This document shows, one piece after another, positions 48,778-59,096 of a stretch of 64,000 nt of DNA; within the stretch, counting starts at the first letter, position 1; each line of letters starts with the position of its first letter. Made by a program: the position numbers and the translations under genes. This stretch comes from an uncultured Chloroflexia bacterium (GTDB lineage: Bacteria; Chloroflexota; Dehalococcoidia; GIF9; UBA5629), in assembly GCA_963754385.1 (NCBI GenBank), contig CAVWGE010000001.1, forward strand, positions 328,575 to 392,574. Direction: 5' to 3'. The notes under the pieces were generated by a model. That model saw only the letters and a list, made by a program, of their open reading frames with translations. It made no database searches and was not told where the DNA came from.

Positions 48778-50028
48778 CTACCGCGCTTCAAAGCTGTATT
48801 GGCACTCGATAGCTTCCTTGTACACGTCAGCCGTATGTTTAGCTGTGTTTTTCCAGTTAAACATTTGCATTACTCGTCTGTGTCCAATTCCACCGAGATG
48901 TCTACGCCTGTCCGGATTATCCAGGAGGCTTCCAATTGCCTCGACCAGTGCTCCGGTATCAGCTGGAGGTACCAGTATACCGGCATCTCCGACAATCTCA
49001 GGTAGAGCTCCAGCGGTCGTTGAAATTACGGGTGTGCTACAGCACATAGCCTCAGCAGCCGGTAGCCCGAAGCCTTCGTAAACGGATGGTACAACAACCA
49101 TTGTAGCCATTGAATATTGACGGACAAGCTCTGCTGTGTCTATATGTCCAGCATGGGTAACACAATCAGCAATGCCTAAACTGTCAACCAGCCCCTGTGT
49201 GTAGCCATTTTTCATTGGTTTTCCCACTATCACAAGCTCTATCTTACGTTTTGAGCGCAAAGCGGCAACGGCTTCCAGCAAATATTTCAAGCCCTTCAGA
49301 GGTGTATCTCCGCTGTTTATTACGAGCAGGCGGTTTTCTGAGCGTTCAACTTCAGGAGCCCGAGTGAAGACAGAGCTATCAACTCCATCATAAATAATGC
49401 GGAGGCTATCTTTTGGCAACTTAAAAGTATCGATGATCTGACGATAGGAATTCTGTGAACCTGTAATAAAATGCGAAAGCTTCTTGGCAACTTTGAGTTG
49501 CATATTGGCGAACGAATACCATCGCCTGATGCCCATTTTTTCCCATGATGACTTAGCTGCTTTTATGGCTAAGTCTCGATCGATGGAGATAGGGTGATGA
49601 ATGGTTGTTACCACGGGGACGCCGAGCCCCTTTATTTTCAGGATGCCGTATGACAGGCTTTGATTGTCATGAATAACATCATATTTTTTAAACCGGTTAT
49701 TGCTGTGTAGGAAACTGTAGGCACGCATGCCGAAAGTCAATGGCTCGGTGAGAAATCCACAACAGACGCCGAGCCATTCGGTGAAATTGGGCAGTGAATT
49801 CAGCTTGCGATGATTTATGAAGAAGCGCTGCCTTTCCGGCAGAGAGTATAGGTCGAGACTAGGCAGCTTAATGAGTTTTATCCCATCGTCCAGTTCTGGA
49901 TAAGGCGGTCCTGATATTACTTCGATATCGTGACCGAGCTCGCGGAGGGAACGGCTCAAATAGCGGACATAAATGCCTTGTCCGCCAGAATAGCGATAGC
50001 ATCTATAACTAAGCAAACATATACGCAC
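48778..50028 (-). CDS. Glycosyltransferase family 4 (GT-B fold)
   Basis: I chose the GTG at 50028 (MRICLLSYRCYRYSGGQGIY...), which aligns with the paralog's N-terminus. The ORF-track start at 50055 is also GTG and adds 9 aa. C-terminal GT4 motif EGFGLPAAEAM. Confidence 0.82.
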   Translation of the reverse strand: MRICLLSYRCYRYSGGQGIYVRYLSRSLRELGHDIEVISGPPYPELDDGIKLIKLPSLDLYSLPERQRFFINHRKLNSLPNFTEWLGVCCGFLTEPLTFGMRAYSFLHSNNRFKKYDVIHDNQSLSYGILKIKGLGVPVVTTIHHPISIDRDLAIKAAKSSWEKMGIRRWYSFANMQLKVAKKLSHFITGSQNSYRQIIDTFKLPKDSLRIIYDGVDSSVFTRAPEVERSENRLLVINSGDTPLKGLKYLLEAVAALRSKRKIELVIVGKPMKNGYTQGLVDSLGIADCVTHAGHIDTAELVRQYSMATMVVVPSVYEGFGLPAAEAMCCSTPVISTTAGALPEIVGDAGILVPPADTGALVEAIGSLLDNPDRRRHLGGIGHRRVMQMFNWKNTAKHTADVYKEAIECQYSFEAR

Positions 50029-50174
50029 TTGATAATCCGCCCAAATGCCAGGCACTCAGACCTAAAAAACACAAAAGTCCCGAGACATTTTACCTTTGTT
50101 TAATGGATATGGCAATATATTTAAAAGGAAATAGCAGGCGAAGATGAAATTTTAGGAATTTTAACGGGTAAGAA

Positions 50175-51425
50175 CTACCCCTTGCGTTTCAAGTAGTTCT
50201 GGAATTTAATTGCCTCGGTATAGACGTCGGCAGTGCGCTGGGCTGTATTTCGCCAGTTAAACATTTGCATGACCCTCTTGCGTCCCATCTCGCTCAGATG
50301 TTTACGTTTATTCGGACTAACTACAAGTGCCGAAATCGCTTCTGCTAAAGCCTTTGCGTCAGCAGGGGGCACCAGTATTCCGGTATCTCCTACTACCTCA
50401 GGTAAAGCCCCGGCAGTTGTAGAGACTACTGGAACTCCGCAAGCCATGGCCTCAGCAGCGGGTAAGCCAAAACCCTCGTATATTGATGGAATGACTACAA
50501 TGTTGGCTAACCTGTACTGGTTTACAAGTTCAGCAGTATCTATCTCATCAATAAACTTCACATAATCTTTTATACCGAGATTAGTAATAAGCTCCTGTGT
50601 TGTACTATTAGCTGTTTCTTTTGCCACCACTATTAGTTCAAGATTGTGCTTCTGCCGTAATATTGCTAATGCTTCCAGTATGTATCTCAAACCTTTAACG
50701 GCTGTGTCTCTGCTTATTACTACCAGGAGCCTGTTTTCCAGGTGGTTCACTTTCGGGGAAGGGCTGAAAATATCTGTGTCGATCCCGTTATATATGACTC
50801 GCAGTTTGGCTTCAGAAATTCCGAAGGTTTTGGCAATGTGCTGGCAAGCAGTCTGTGAAACTGTAATAATGTGAGAAAGCCGGCGAGCGACTTTGATCTG
50901 CATATTGATAAAGAGAAACCACCTTCTCAGCCCCAGCTTATCTTTTAAGGAGGTTGCTGACTTAATTGCTAGATCACGGTCGATGATTACAGGATGGTGG
51001 ATGGTCTCAACGACCGGGTAACCGAGTTCCTGGATTTTGAGTACACCATATGCCATTGTCTGATTATCATGAACAATGTCGTATTTGTTGTTTTCACTAT
51101 TACGTATAAGCTCATACGCTCTCATGCCAAATGTCAGGGGTTCTGAGAAGTAACCGCTTATGACACCGAGCCATTCAACCAGGCTTGGGAGCGTATTTAA
51201 TTTGCGCGGGTTTATGAGTAGTCGTCGGTTGGGTGGCATTGAATATAGGTCAAGGCTAGGCAATTTAATCAGTCGTATCCCGTCGTCCAAGTCTGGATAT
51301 GGTGGTCCTGAAATTACATCAATCTGATGGCCGAGGTCACGGAGGGAACGGCTTAGATAGCGAAGGTAAATACCCTGTCCGCCAGAGTAGCGATAGCTCC
51401 GGTAACTAAGCAAGCAGACACGCAT
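50175..51425 (-). CDS. Glycosyltransferase family 4, tandem paralog of 48778..50028
   Basis: Starts MRVCLLSYRSYRYSGGQGIYLRY and carries EGFGLPAAEAMACGVPVV. By eye it is about 60% identical to the neighbor. Confidence 0.85.
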   Translation of the reverse strand: MRVCLLSYRSYRYSGGQGIYLRYLSRSLRDLGHQIDVISGPPYPDLDDGIRLIKLPSLDLYSMPPNRRLLINPRKLNTLPSLVEWLGVISGYFSEPLTFGMRAYELIRNSENNKYDIVHDNQTMAYGVLKIQELGYPVVETIHHPVIIDRDLAIKSATSLKDKLGLRRWFLFINMQIKVARRLSHIITVSQTACQHIAKTFGISEAKLRVIYNGIDTDIFSPSPKVNHLENRLLVVISRDTAVKGLRYILEALAILRQKHNLELIVVAKETANSTTQELITNLGIKDYVKFIDEIDTAELVNQYRLANIVVIPSIYEGFGLPAAEAMACGVPVVSTTAGALPEVVGDTGILVPPADAKALAEAISALVVSPNKRKHLSEMGRKRVMQMFNWRNTAQRTADVYTEAIKFQNYLKRKG

Positions 51426-51554
51426 TTGACTGTTTGTCTCTATCTAAAAGCGAGCAAAATCGAATACGAGAAGACAAGTAACATTTTACCTTACGAGAAA
51501 TAGCTATTACAATGGTGTATTGGCAATCCCGGGTGGGCTATTTCCCAAGGTATC

Positions 51555-51974
51555 TTATTCGCCCAAGAGTTGTAGGATGATTTCTCTGGCTCTTGGGCGA
51601 TTATCGAAGTCTACTACTACAATCTGTTGCCAGGTTCCGAGCGTCATCTTTTTGTTGGCAAAGGGCACGACCAGTGATGGGCCTTGAAGTGAAGCTCTCA
51701 CGTGTGAGTATCCATTTCCGTCTTCCCATCTGCGGTCATGCTGGTAGGGTAGGTTCAAAGGTACATTTCGGTCCCACATGTCCTTGAAATCGCTAATCAA
51801 TCCATTCTCGTACTCAATAGTTGTTATGCCGGCAGTTGAACCGGCGATAAAAATGGTGGCTATACCGTTGCCAATGTTCGAGTTGCTGATTTCCCTGGCT
51901 ATTTCTGCGGTTATATCTACCATGTTGCAATTCCCTTTGGTGCTTAGGCGTATGGTTTTGCTTATCGCCGTCAT
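51555..51974 (-). CDS. YjbQ/UPF0047 family protein (secondary thiamine-phosphate synthase-like)
   Basis: A 139-aa protein whose core (GIATIFIAGSTAGITTIEYE...GNGYSHVRASLQGPSLVVP) matches the YjbQ family as I recall it. Confidence 0.75.
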   Translation of the reverse strand: MTAISKTIRLSTKGNCNMVDITAEIAREISNSNIGNGIATIFIAGSTAGITTIEYENGLISDFKDMWDRNVPLNLPYQHDRRWEDGNGYSHVRASLQGPSLVVPFANKKMTLGTWQQIVVVDFDNRPRAREIILQLLGE

Positions 51975-52792
51975 ATTTTCACCTCCTCCAATATAACGTC
52001 ATCTAAGTTGAAAACAGGGCCATCGCGGCATACCCGTTTCATGCCATTTTTTGTTTTTATGCTGCAGCTAAAGCAAGCCCCAATACCACAGCCCATCCGT
52101 ACTTCCAGTGATACCTGTATTGGTTTCTTTCCTTGCCATTTTTGCCTTTGTTTGGCTATTTCTTTGTACATGGCTAACGGACCACAGGCGTAGATTTGGT
52201 CAGCCCAATCGACGTACTCGCGGACGAATTTGCTCACCATGCCCTTTTTGCCAAAAGTGCCGTCATCGGTAGTAAAGACCGTCTCGATTCCATTTGGCAG
52301 AAGTTCTTTGTGATAAAGGGCATCTTGTTTGCGTGCGCCTAAGAGCAGCTTTACGGACCTTCCTTCATCCAATGCTTTTTGAGCAAGAAAGACCAGGGGG
52401 GCAATGCCTATTCCGCCGGCAATCAAGAGCAATTTCTTTGATGCTGTCTCGATAGAGAAGCCATTACCTAGAGGTCCGAGTAAGTCTAGTGTTTCATCTT
52501 TCTGGCGCTGTGATAGCCACTGGGTGCCTCTACCGACGACAGCGAAAAGCATAGACAGTTGATTTGGATTATCCACTCGATGGATGCTCAGGGGACGACG
52601 TAATATGAGGTCTGCGCCACATCTTACTGTGACGAATTGTCCAGGTCTGGCTTCTGAAGCTATGTCAGAAGCCTCGACGCAAATGAGATGATATGTTACA
52701 GTGAGGGGTCCAGCAGTATATTTTATTAGCGGTATATTAGAAGCTATAGTAGCTGCAACTTGTTTCAATTGGTGAACTGCTTCAACCTCCAT
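51971..52792 (-). CDS. pyrK: Dihydroorotate dehydrogenase electron-transfer subunit (FAD/NAD-binding, 2Fe-2S)
   Basis: Has a ferredoxin-reductase-like fold and a C-terminal Fe-S cluster motif CGIGACFSC. Adjacent to carB. Confidence 0.82.
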   Translation of the reverse strand: MEVEAVHQLKQVAATIASNIPLIKYTAGPLTVTYHLICVEASDIASEARPGQFVTVRCGADLILRRPLSIHRVDNPNQLSMLFAVVGRGTQWLSQRQKDETLDLLGPLGNGFSIETASKKLLLIAGGIGIAPLVFLAQKALDEGRSVKLLLGARKQDALYHKELLPNGIETVFTTDDGTFGKKGMVSKFVREYVDWADQIYACGPLAMYKEIAKQRQKWQGKKPIQVSLEVRMGCGIGACFSCSIKTKNGMKRVCRDGPVFNLDDVILEEVKI

Positions 52793-52794
52793 AT

Positions 52795-55700
52795 CTATTT
52801 TATGTCCGCGTGGTAGCTTTGCAGTGATTTGACCTCTAGTTTACCGTTGCGATATGCGGCAATCCCCTTGGCAGCGGCAGCAGCGGCAGCAAGTGTTGTT
52901 ATGTAAGCCACCTTATACTTAATTGCTGCCTTGCGGATGTAAGAATCGTCGTATTTGCTCAGTTTGCCGCTGGGAGTGTTGATTACTAGCTGGATTTCCC
53001 TATTCATGATTCCATCCACGATGTTGGGCCGTCCTTCATGCATCTTGAGTATTAGCTCAGACTTGATGCCATGTCTGGCTAGAAATTTATGGGTGCCTCG
53101 TGTTGTCTTGATTTTCAAACCGAGCTCGGCGAATCGCTTCGCTACTTCTAGTGTAGCAGGCATGTCTTTGCTGAACAGACTTATCAAGATCGTCCCATTT
53201 TTGGGGAGCAATTGCTGTGCAGCCACCTGCGCCTTGAAAAAGGCAAGGCCGAAGGAATCGGCAATTCCCAGCACCTCGCCGGTCGACCGCATCTCCGGCC
53301 CGAGTATGGGGTCTACCTCAGGGAACATGGGAAACGGGAATACCGCTTCCTTGACACCGAAGTGAGGAATCCGACGTGGCTTGAGATTTAGCTTTGAGAG
53401 TTTTTTACCCAGCATTATCTGGGTTGCAAGGCGTGCCATTGATACATTACAGACTTTCGAGACCAGCGGCACAGTTCGTGATGCTCTGGGATTGGCTTCT
53501 AGCACATAGACAACATCCTTAGCTATAGCGTATTGCATGTTCATTAAGCCTATGACATTAAGTTCCGTGGCGATTCTCTGGGTGTACTCGTTGATGGTAT
53601 CAATGTGTTTTTGAGGTATGCTGACAGGTGGGATGACACAGGCTGAATCACCGGAGTGGACGCCGGCTAACTCGATGTGTTCCATGACTGCCGGCACAAA
53701 GGCATCGGTTCCGTCAGCTATGGCATCCGCCTCGGCCTCAATTGCGTTTTCGAGAAACTTGTCAATTAGGATGGGACGGTCAGGGGTTACATCTACTGCC
53801 GCAGCAACGTACTCTTTGAGCATCTCCTCATCATGTACTACTTCCATACCACGACCGCCCAATACGTATGATGGCCGCACCATCAGTGGATACCCGATTT
53901 GCTTGGCAACGCTTAGTGCCTCCTCCAAATTGCTGGCCATTCCAGATTCTGGCATGGGGATGTTAAGCTCTTGCATCATTTGACGGAAGCGGCCTCTATC
54001 CTCGGCAAGGTCTATGGCTTCAGGCGATGTGCCTAATATTTTTACGCCAGCTTCAGCTAATTCGTTGGCAATGTTTAAGGGGGTTTGACCGCCGAACTGG
54101 ACAATGACGCCTTCAGGTTTTTCCTTTTCGTAGATGCTCAAGACGTCTTCAACCGTGAGCGGTTCAAAGTAAAGCTTATCTGAAGTGTCGTAATCCGTTG
54201 ACACTGTTTCGGGGTTACAGTTGACCATTATAGTCTCGTAGCCTTCGTCGCGCAGGGCAAAAGCTGCGTGGACACAGCAGTAATCAAATTCTATGCCCTG
54301 GCCGATGCGGTTGGGCCCGCCACCTAATATCATTACTTTGCGTCTATTGCTGCTTGTTGTCTTGTCCGGCGCGTTGTAGGTTGAGAAGTAATATGCCGCG
54401 TTTTCTACACCGCTGACAGGGACAGGCTCCCAGCTTTCAACCACCCCAAGCGAAACACGTTTTCGGCGAATCTCTTTTTCTGGCACGCCAAGAATCTGTG
54501 ACAGATAACGGTCTGAAAACCCGTCTTTTTTAGCCTGAATAAGCAGGTTGTCAGGTAGTGCCTTTCCTTTGTGGTGAGGAATTTCTTCCTCCAGTTCGAC
54601 CAGCTCTTTCATTTGATTGATAAACCATGGCTTGATGTAAGTCTTCTCGTAGAGGTTTTGCACATCAGCACCTTTACGCAGAGCTTCATACATTATGAAC
54701 TGGCGCTCGCTTGTTGGTTCGTTCAGCATGCTTATCAACTCATCCAGCGATTTTTTGTGGAAATCCTTGGCAAAGCCCAGGCCATAGCGACCATTCTCCA
54801 GGGAACGGATTGCCTTCTGGAGCGCTTCCTTGTAAGTTTTTCCGATGCTCATAACCTCGCCGACAGCGCGCATTTGAGTGCCTAGTTTGTCCTCAGCATA
54901 CTTGAATTTTTCGAAAGCCCAGCGGGCAAACTTAACTACTACGTAATCACCTGATGGCGTATATTTCTCGAGGGTACCGTCACGCCAGTAAGGGATTTCG
55001 TTGAGTGTGAGGCCAGCTGCTAGCTTCGCGGAAACAAGAGCGATTGGGAAGCCGGTTGCTTTGGAGGCGAGCGCTGACGAGCGCGAAGTTCTAGGGTTGA
55101 TTTCAATTACTACAACACGGCCTGTCTTGGGGTCATGCGCAAACTGAATGTTAGTGCCACCTATTATACGTATTGCCTCCACGATTCTATAGGAATACTC
55201 CTGGAGGCGTTTCTGCAATTCGGTATCGATTGTAAGCATAGGAGCCGTACAAAAAGAGTCGCCGGTGTGAACACCCATGGCGTCTACATTCTCGATAAAG
55301 CATACGGTAATCATCTGGTTCTTGGAATCACGGACGACCTCCAGTTCCAGCTCTTCCCACCCCAAAACTGACTCCTCTACCAGTACCTGCCCGATAAGGC
55401 TTACTGAAATGCCGCGGCTGGCAACGGTGCGTAATTCTTCCACGTTGTAGACAAGTCCACCGCCGGTTCCACCCATGGTATATGCTGGGCGGATAACTAC
55501 GGGATACCCGAGCTCAGCCGCGACCTTTTCTGCGTCCTCGACGCTGTAGACAGCTTGACTTTGGGGCATCTCTATACCCAAACGGTTCATTGTCTCCTTG
55601 AAGACAGTGCGGTCTTCGCCGCTTTTAATGGCATCAACATCGACACCAATGACTTGGACTCCATATTTGTTAAGGACTCCCGAACGTGCCAGTTCGGCGC

Positions 55701-55995
55701 TGAGATTGAGACCTGTTTGGCCACCCAGATTTGGCAGTAGAGCATCAGGCCGTTCTTTTTCGATGATCTGGGTCATCATTTCTAGATTAAGCGGTTCAAT
55801 ATATGTTACGTCTGCCATTCCCGGGTCAGTCATAATAGTCGCTGGGTTCGAGTTTACCAGCACGATTTCATAGCCGAGGCTTCGAAGGGCTTTGCAAGCC
55901 TGCGTTCCAGAGTAGTCAAATTCGCAGGCCTGTCCTATCACAATAGGGCCGGAGCCGATAATCATTACCTTCTTGATATCGTTACGCCTCGGCAT
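52795..55995 (-). CDS. carB: Carbamoyl-phosphate synthase large subunit
   Basis: A 1066-aa protein with two ATP-grasp halves plus an MGS-like C-terminal domain. Starts KVMIIGSGPIVIGQACEFDYSGTQA. Confidence 0.95.
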   Translation of the reverse strand: MPRRNDIKKVMIIGSGPIVIGQACEFDYSGTQACKALRSLGYEIVLVNSNPATIMTDPGMADVTYIEPLNLEMMTQIIEKERPDALLPNLGGQTGLNLSAELARSGVLNKYGVQVIGVDVDAIKSGEDRTVFKETMNRLGIEMPQSQAVYSVEDAEKVAAELGYPVVIRPAYTMGGTGGGLVYNVEELRTVASRGISVSLIGQVLVEESVLGWEELELEVVRDSKNQMITVCFIENVDAMGVHTGDSFCTAPMLTIDTELQKRLQEYSYRIVEAIRIIGGTNIQFAHDPKTGRVVVIEINPRTSRSSALASKATGFPIALVSAKLAAGLTLNEIPYWRDGTLEKYTPSGDYVVVKFARWAFEKFKYAEDKLGTQMRAVGEVMSIGKTYKEALQKAIRSLENGRYGLGFAKDFHKKSLDELISMLNEPTSERQFIMYEALRKGADVQNLYEKTYIKPWFINQMKELVELEEEIPHHKGKALPDNLLIQAKKDGFSDRYLSQILGVPEKEIRRKRVSLGVVESWEPVPVSGVENAAYYFSTYNAPDKTTSSNRRKVMILGGGPNRIGQGIEFDYCCVHAAFALRDEGYETIMVNCNPETVSTDYDTSDKLYFEPLTVEDVLSIYEKEKPEGVIVQFGGQTPLNIANELAEAGVKILGTSPEAIDLAEDRGRFRQMMQELNIPMPESGMASNLEEALSVAKQIGYPLMVRPSYVLGGRGMEVVHDEEMLKEYVAAAVDVTPDRPILIDKFLENAIEAEADAIADGTDAFVPAVMEHIELAGVHSGDSACVIPPVSIPQKHIDTINEYTQRIATELNVIGLMNMQYAIAKDVVYVLEANPRASRTVPLVSKVCNVSMARLATQIMLGKKLSKLNLKPRRIPHFGVKEAVFPFPMFPEVDPILGPEMRSTGEVLGIADSFGLAFFKAQVAAQQLLPKNGTILISLFSKDMPATLEVAKRFAELGLKIKTTRGTHKFLARHGIKSELILKMHEGRPNIVDGIMNREIQLVINTPSGKLSKYDDSYIRKAAIKYKVAYITTLAAAAAAAKGIAAYRNGKLEVKSLQSYHADIK

Positions 55996-56014
55996 ACAGA
56001 ACCTAGCTCCTTTC

Positions 56015-57349
56015 TTATTCTGAATTGTCCCTATAGACTATTTTCCCAGCTACTAGGGCCACTATTACTCTGCCTTTGAAATGGCAGCCATCAAATGGGG
56101 TGTTCTTGCCTTTAGAAGCGAAGTCACGGCTGTCGACTATCCATTCCTTATTCGGATCGAAAAGAGTAACATCAGCTCGGCAGCCAGGCTTTAATATGCC
56201 AAGCTCTCCATATCTGCTGCCGATAATTCTAGCTGGCTCGAATGTGAGCTTGGAGATTATAGTCTTCAGGTCTAGTTGATTGCTATGTACCAGGCTCATG
56301 AGACAGGCTAAAGCTGTTTCCAATCCGCTGATACCAAAAGCTGCCAGCCCAAACTCGCACATTTTGTCCACCGAGGTGTGGGGGGCATGGTCGGTAGCGA
56401 TGGCATCGATAGTGCCATCTTTAAGCCCTTTGATTAAAGCGGCAATATCTTCTTTGGTACGTAGTGGCGGGTTGACTTTAGCGTTGGTATCGTACCTTAG
56501 GTGGCTATTTTTCTCTAGCTGGTCGCCCATTACTCGTTCCTCAGTCAGGGTCAGGTGGTGGGGAGTGACTTCGGCAGTGACTGAGATACCTTTTTCTTTG
56601 GCTTGGCGGATAAGTTCTACTGAGCCCTCTGTGCTAACATGGGCGACATGGAGCTTAGCGCCAGTGAGCTTAGCTAAAGCAAGGTCACGGGCGACTATAA
56701 TTTCCTCAGCAGCTTTAGGCATACCTTTAAGCCCCAGACGCGCTGATACCCAGCCATCGTTCATAAAGCCGCCATCGCTCAGTTCCTTATCTTCACAGTG
56801 GTCGATAATTGGCAATCCCAAGGCATGGCTGTAATCCATAGCCAGTGCCATAATTCGTGAGCTGGCTACCGTGTTACCATCGTCGCTGAAACCAATGACT
56901 CCTATCTTGGCCAGTTCGCTCATTTCGGTCAGCTCTTTGCCTTGCCTTCCCTTGGTGATGCAGCCTATCGGCAGCACTTGAACCGTCCCCTCAGATTCAG
57001 CCGTCTTCTTTACATAATCTATGGAGGCCTGAGTGTCTAGAGGGGGATTTGTATTTGGCATGCAGCAGACGGTGGTGAAACCTCCTTTAGCGGCAGCTTT
57101 AGTGCCGGTAGCTATAGTTTCCTTGTCTTCAAAGCCTGGTTCGCGCAGATGGCAGTGGAGGTCGATAAATCCGGGGCAGACGATGCGGCCAGTGGCATCG
57201 ATGGTGGTTAAGTCGGCGTGTGATGGTGCGGTGCCTTTATCCCCGAGCCAGGTGATTTTGCCTTTGGTTATAAGCAAGTCCGCAATTCTGTCTATTCCTT
57301 GGCCAGGGTCGATTATTCGGCCACCGTTTATTAGTATGTTAGGGGGCAT
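56015..57349 (-). CDS. pyrC: Dihydroorotase
   Basis: Carries PGFIDLHCHLREPG (the amidohydrolase metal site) and is 444 aa long. Confidence 0.9.
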   Translation of the reverse strand: MPPNILINGGRIIDPGQGIDRIADLLITKGKITWLGDKGTAPSHADLTTIDATGRIVCPGFIDLHCHLREPGFEDKETIATGTKAAAKGGFTTVCCMPNTNPPLDTQASIDYVKKTAESEGTVQVLPIGCITKGRQGKELTEMSELAKIGVIGFSDDGNTVASSRIMALAMDYSHALGLPIIDHCEDKELSDGGFMNDGWVSARLGLKGMPKAAEEIIVARDLALAKLTGAKLHVAHVSTEGSVELIRQAKEKGISVTAEVTPHHLTLTEERVMGDQLEKNSHLRYDTNAKVNPPLRTKEDIAALIKGLKDGTIDAIATDHAPHTSVDKMCEFGLAAFGISGLETALACLMSLVHSNQLDLKTIISKLTFEPARIIGSRYGELGILKPGCRADVTLFDPNKEWIVDSRDFASKGKNTPFDGCHFKGRVIVALVAGKIVYRDNSE

Positions 57350-58359
57350 TATTTGTTTTTACCTCCGGCGATTAGGTAGAGCAATGCCATTCGTATAGCT
57401 ACACCATTGGTTACCTGCTCTTCGATTACCGATTGGGTTCCGTGGGCGACTTCAGGGCTGATTTCAATGCCTTCGTTAATAGGTCCGGGGTGCATAACCA
57501 AAACTTGTGGTTTGGACATGGAAAGTCGTTCCGTGGTTAGCTGGTAAAGCTGGATGTACTCTCGCAGACTGGGCAACAGCCCGCTTTGTTGTCTTTCCAT
57601 CTGCAGCCTTAGGGGCATTACCACATCGGCATTTTCCAAGGCAGGCTCAATCTCAGTTTCAATGCTGACATTTGGCAGCTGACAGTTGGCGATAAAGCTG
57701 TCTAAGCCACGAGGTAGAAGGGTAGGTGGGGCACATAGTACTACCTTGGCTCCCATGGTAGTCATGCCCCAGATGTTAGAACGGGCTACCCGGCTATGCG
57801 TAATGTCGCCGATAATGGTCACTTTAAGATTAGCTAGTGTACCCAGATGGCGGCGGATGGTATAGAGGTCGAGAAGGGCTTGAGAAGGATGGGCATGCCA
57901 GCCGTCTCCAGCGTTTATCATGCTGCAGTTTACATGTTGTATGGCGAGATAAGGGGCGCCAGATTGTGAATGCCGCATGACTATAATGTCGGCGCCTAAA
58001 GCTTGAATAGTGCGCAAGCTATCAATCAAGGATTCTCCCTTGACGATGCTGCTCTTGGAGGCATCGAGGCTTACTGTATCGGCGCTTAGATTTTTAGCTG
58101 CCAGCTCGAATGAGGCACGAGTGCGTGTGCTTGGCTCGTGGAACAGGGTAACAACCGTCTTGCCTCTTAACGTCGGCACCCTTTTTACTTCCCTGGTGAG
58201 TACCTCCGCCATAGCGTCAGCTGTTTCTAAGACAAGCTCGATTTCTTCTCGGGTAAAGTCATCTAAATCGAGTACATGACGATGTTGCCAGACAGCTATG
58301 GATGGCGGCGGGAAAGTCTCTGGAGTTGTGATACTCGAATTAGGTTCAATCGTTTTCAT
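57349..58359 (-). CDS. pyrB: Aspartate carbamoyltransferase catalytic subunit
   Basis: Carries FHEPSTRTR (the carbamoyl-phosphate site) and HPGP. 14-nt overlap with pyrR. Confidence 0.93.
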   Translation of the reverse strand: MKTIEPNSSITTPETFPPPSIAVWQHRHVLDLDDFTREEIELVLETADAMAEVLTREVKRVPTLRGKTVVTLFHEPSTRTRASFELAAKNLSADTVSLDASKSSIVKGESLIDSLRTIQALGADIIVMRHSQSGAPYLAIQHVNCSMINAGDGWHAHPSQALLDLYTIRRHLGTLANLKVTIIGDITHSRVARSNIWGMTTMGAKVVLCAPPTLLPRGLDSFIANCQLPNVSIETEIEPALENADVVMPLRLQMERQQSGLLPSLREYIQLYQLTTERLSMSKPQVLVMHPGPINEGIEISPEVAHGTQSVIEEQVTNGVAIRMALLYLIAGGKNK

Positions 58360-58906
58360 CGGTCGCCCCTTTGTTAGGTGAAAGTATGGTCACCTTATCT
58401 TCACCATCTACCTCTTTAACATATACCTTTATTTCCTCATTGTTTGATGTGGGTATGTTCTTGCCCACATAGTCGGCACGGATGGGTAGTTCGCGATGAC
58501 CTCGGTCGACAAGAACTGCTAGCTGGATGGATTGAGGCCGTCCCAAATCTATAATGGCATCCATGGCTGCACGGATGCTGCGTCCGGTATAGAAGACGTC
58601 ATCAATCAAAATTACTTGTTTGTTGGTAACATCGGTTGGGATATCAGTGCGGTGAATTACAGGCTTCAGGTGTAACGATGAAATATCATCGCGGTACAGG
58701 CCGATGTCCAGTGAGCCAACCGGAACGGTAATTTCCTCAAGGCTTTGGATAGTAGTGGCTAGCCGCTTGGATAAGGGGACTCCCCGGGTTTGCATGCCTA
58801 CGAGGACTATATCCTTGGCGCCTTTGTTTCTTTCCACAATTTCGTGGGCAAGGCGGATCAAGGCTCTCTGTATGTCCTCGGGGGACATGAGAGTTCTCTC
58901 AGGCAT
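58346..58906 (-). CDS. pyrR: Bifunctional pyrimidine operon regulator/uracil phosphoribosyltransferase PyrR
   Basis: A 186-aa protein with a PRTase fold ([12 protein letters not shown]) and the PyrR N-terminus [21 protein letters not shown]. Confidence 0.9.
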   Translation of the reverse strand: MPERTLMSPEDIQRALIRLAHEIVERNKGAKDIVLVGMQTRGVPLSKRLATTIQSLEEITVPVGSLDIGLYRDDISSLHLKPVIHRTDIPTDVTNKQVILIDDVFYTGRSIRAAMDAIIDLGRPQSIQLAVLVDRGHRELPIRADYVGKNIPTSNNEEIKVYVKEVDGEDKVTILSPNKGATDEND

Positions 58907-58912
58907 AAGAAA

Positions 58913-58941
58913 AACCTCCTGCCGAGAACTGGCAAGAGGTT
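58913..58941 (-). promoter_or_regulatory. Terminator-like hairpin whose 3' arm contains the pyrR Shine-Dalgarno sequence (attenuator expression platform)
   Basis: On the minus strand AACCUCUUGCC-AGUUCUC-GGCAGGAGGUU is followed by UUUUCUU-AUG. AGGAGG lies inside the stem. Confidence 0.6.
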
Positions 58942-58995
58942 TTCAAACAAAGAATCTGAGACGGAAGCTTTGTAGAGCTACAATCTTTTATCATA

Positions 58996-59020
58996 TTTCC
59001 CTTGCCAGCCTCTCTGGACT
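58996..59020 (-). ncRNA. PyrR-binding RNA element in the pyr operon leader
   Basis: Minus-strand sequence AGUCCAGAGAGGCUGGCAAGGGAAA matches the conserved PyrR box (UCCAGAGAGGCU..GCAAGG). It lies about 90 nt upstream of pyrR. Confidence 0.8.
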
Positions 59021-59096
59021 GACTTAAAGGCCTCACTTGTAGACTAGTATACCATATGGTTGCCTGACAATGCAATGTCTCTGGCAACAAAAATTG

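Noticed and set aside
50172-50201. 8-bp inverted repeat AGAACTAC…GTAGTTCT
   Set aside because: It lies inside the last codons of the GT4 gene (50175..51425) and has no U-tract. It is not a terminator.
52955-56834. Several antisense or out-of-frame ORFs of 60-180 aa inside carB and pyrC
   Set aside because: They are fully embedded in well-supported long genes on the other strand. This is the expected random ORF background.
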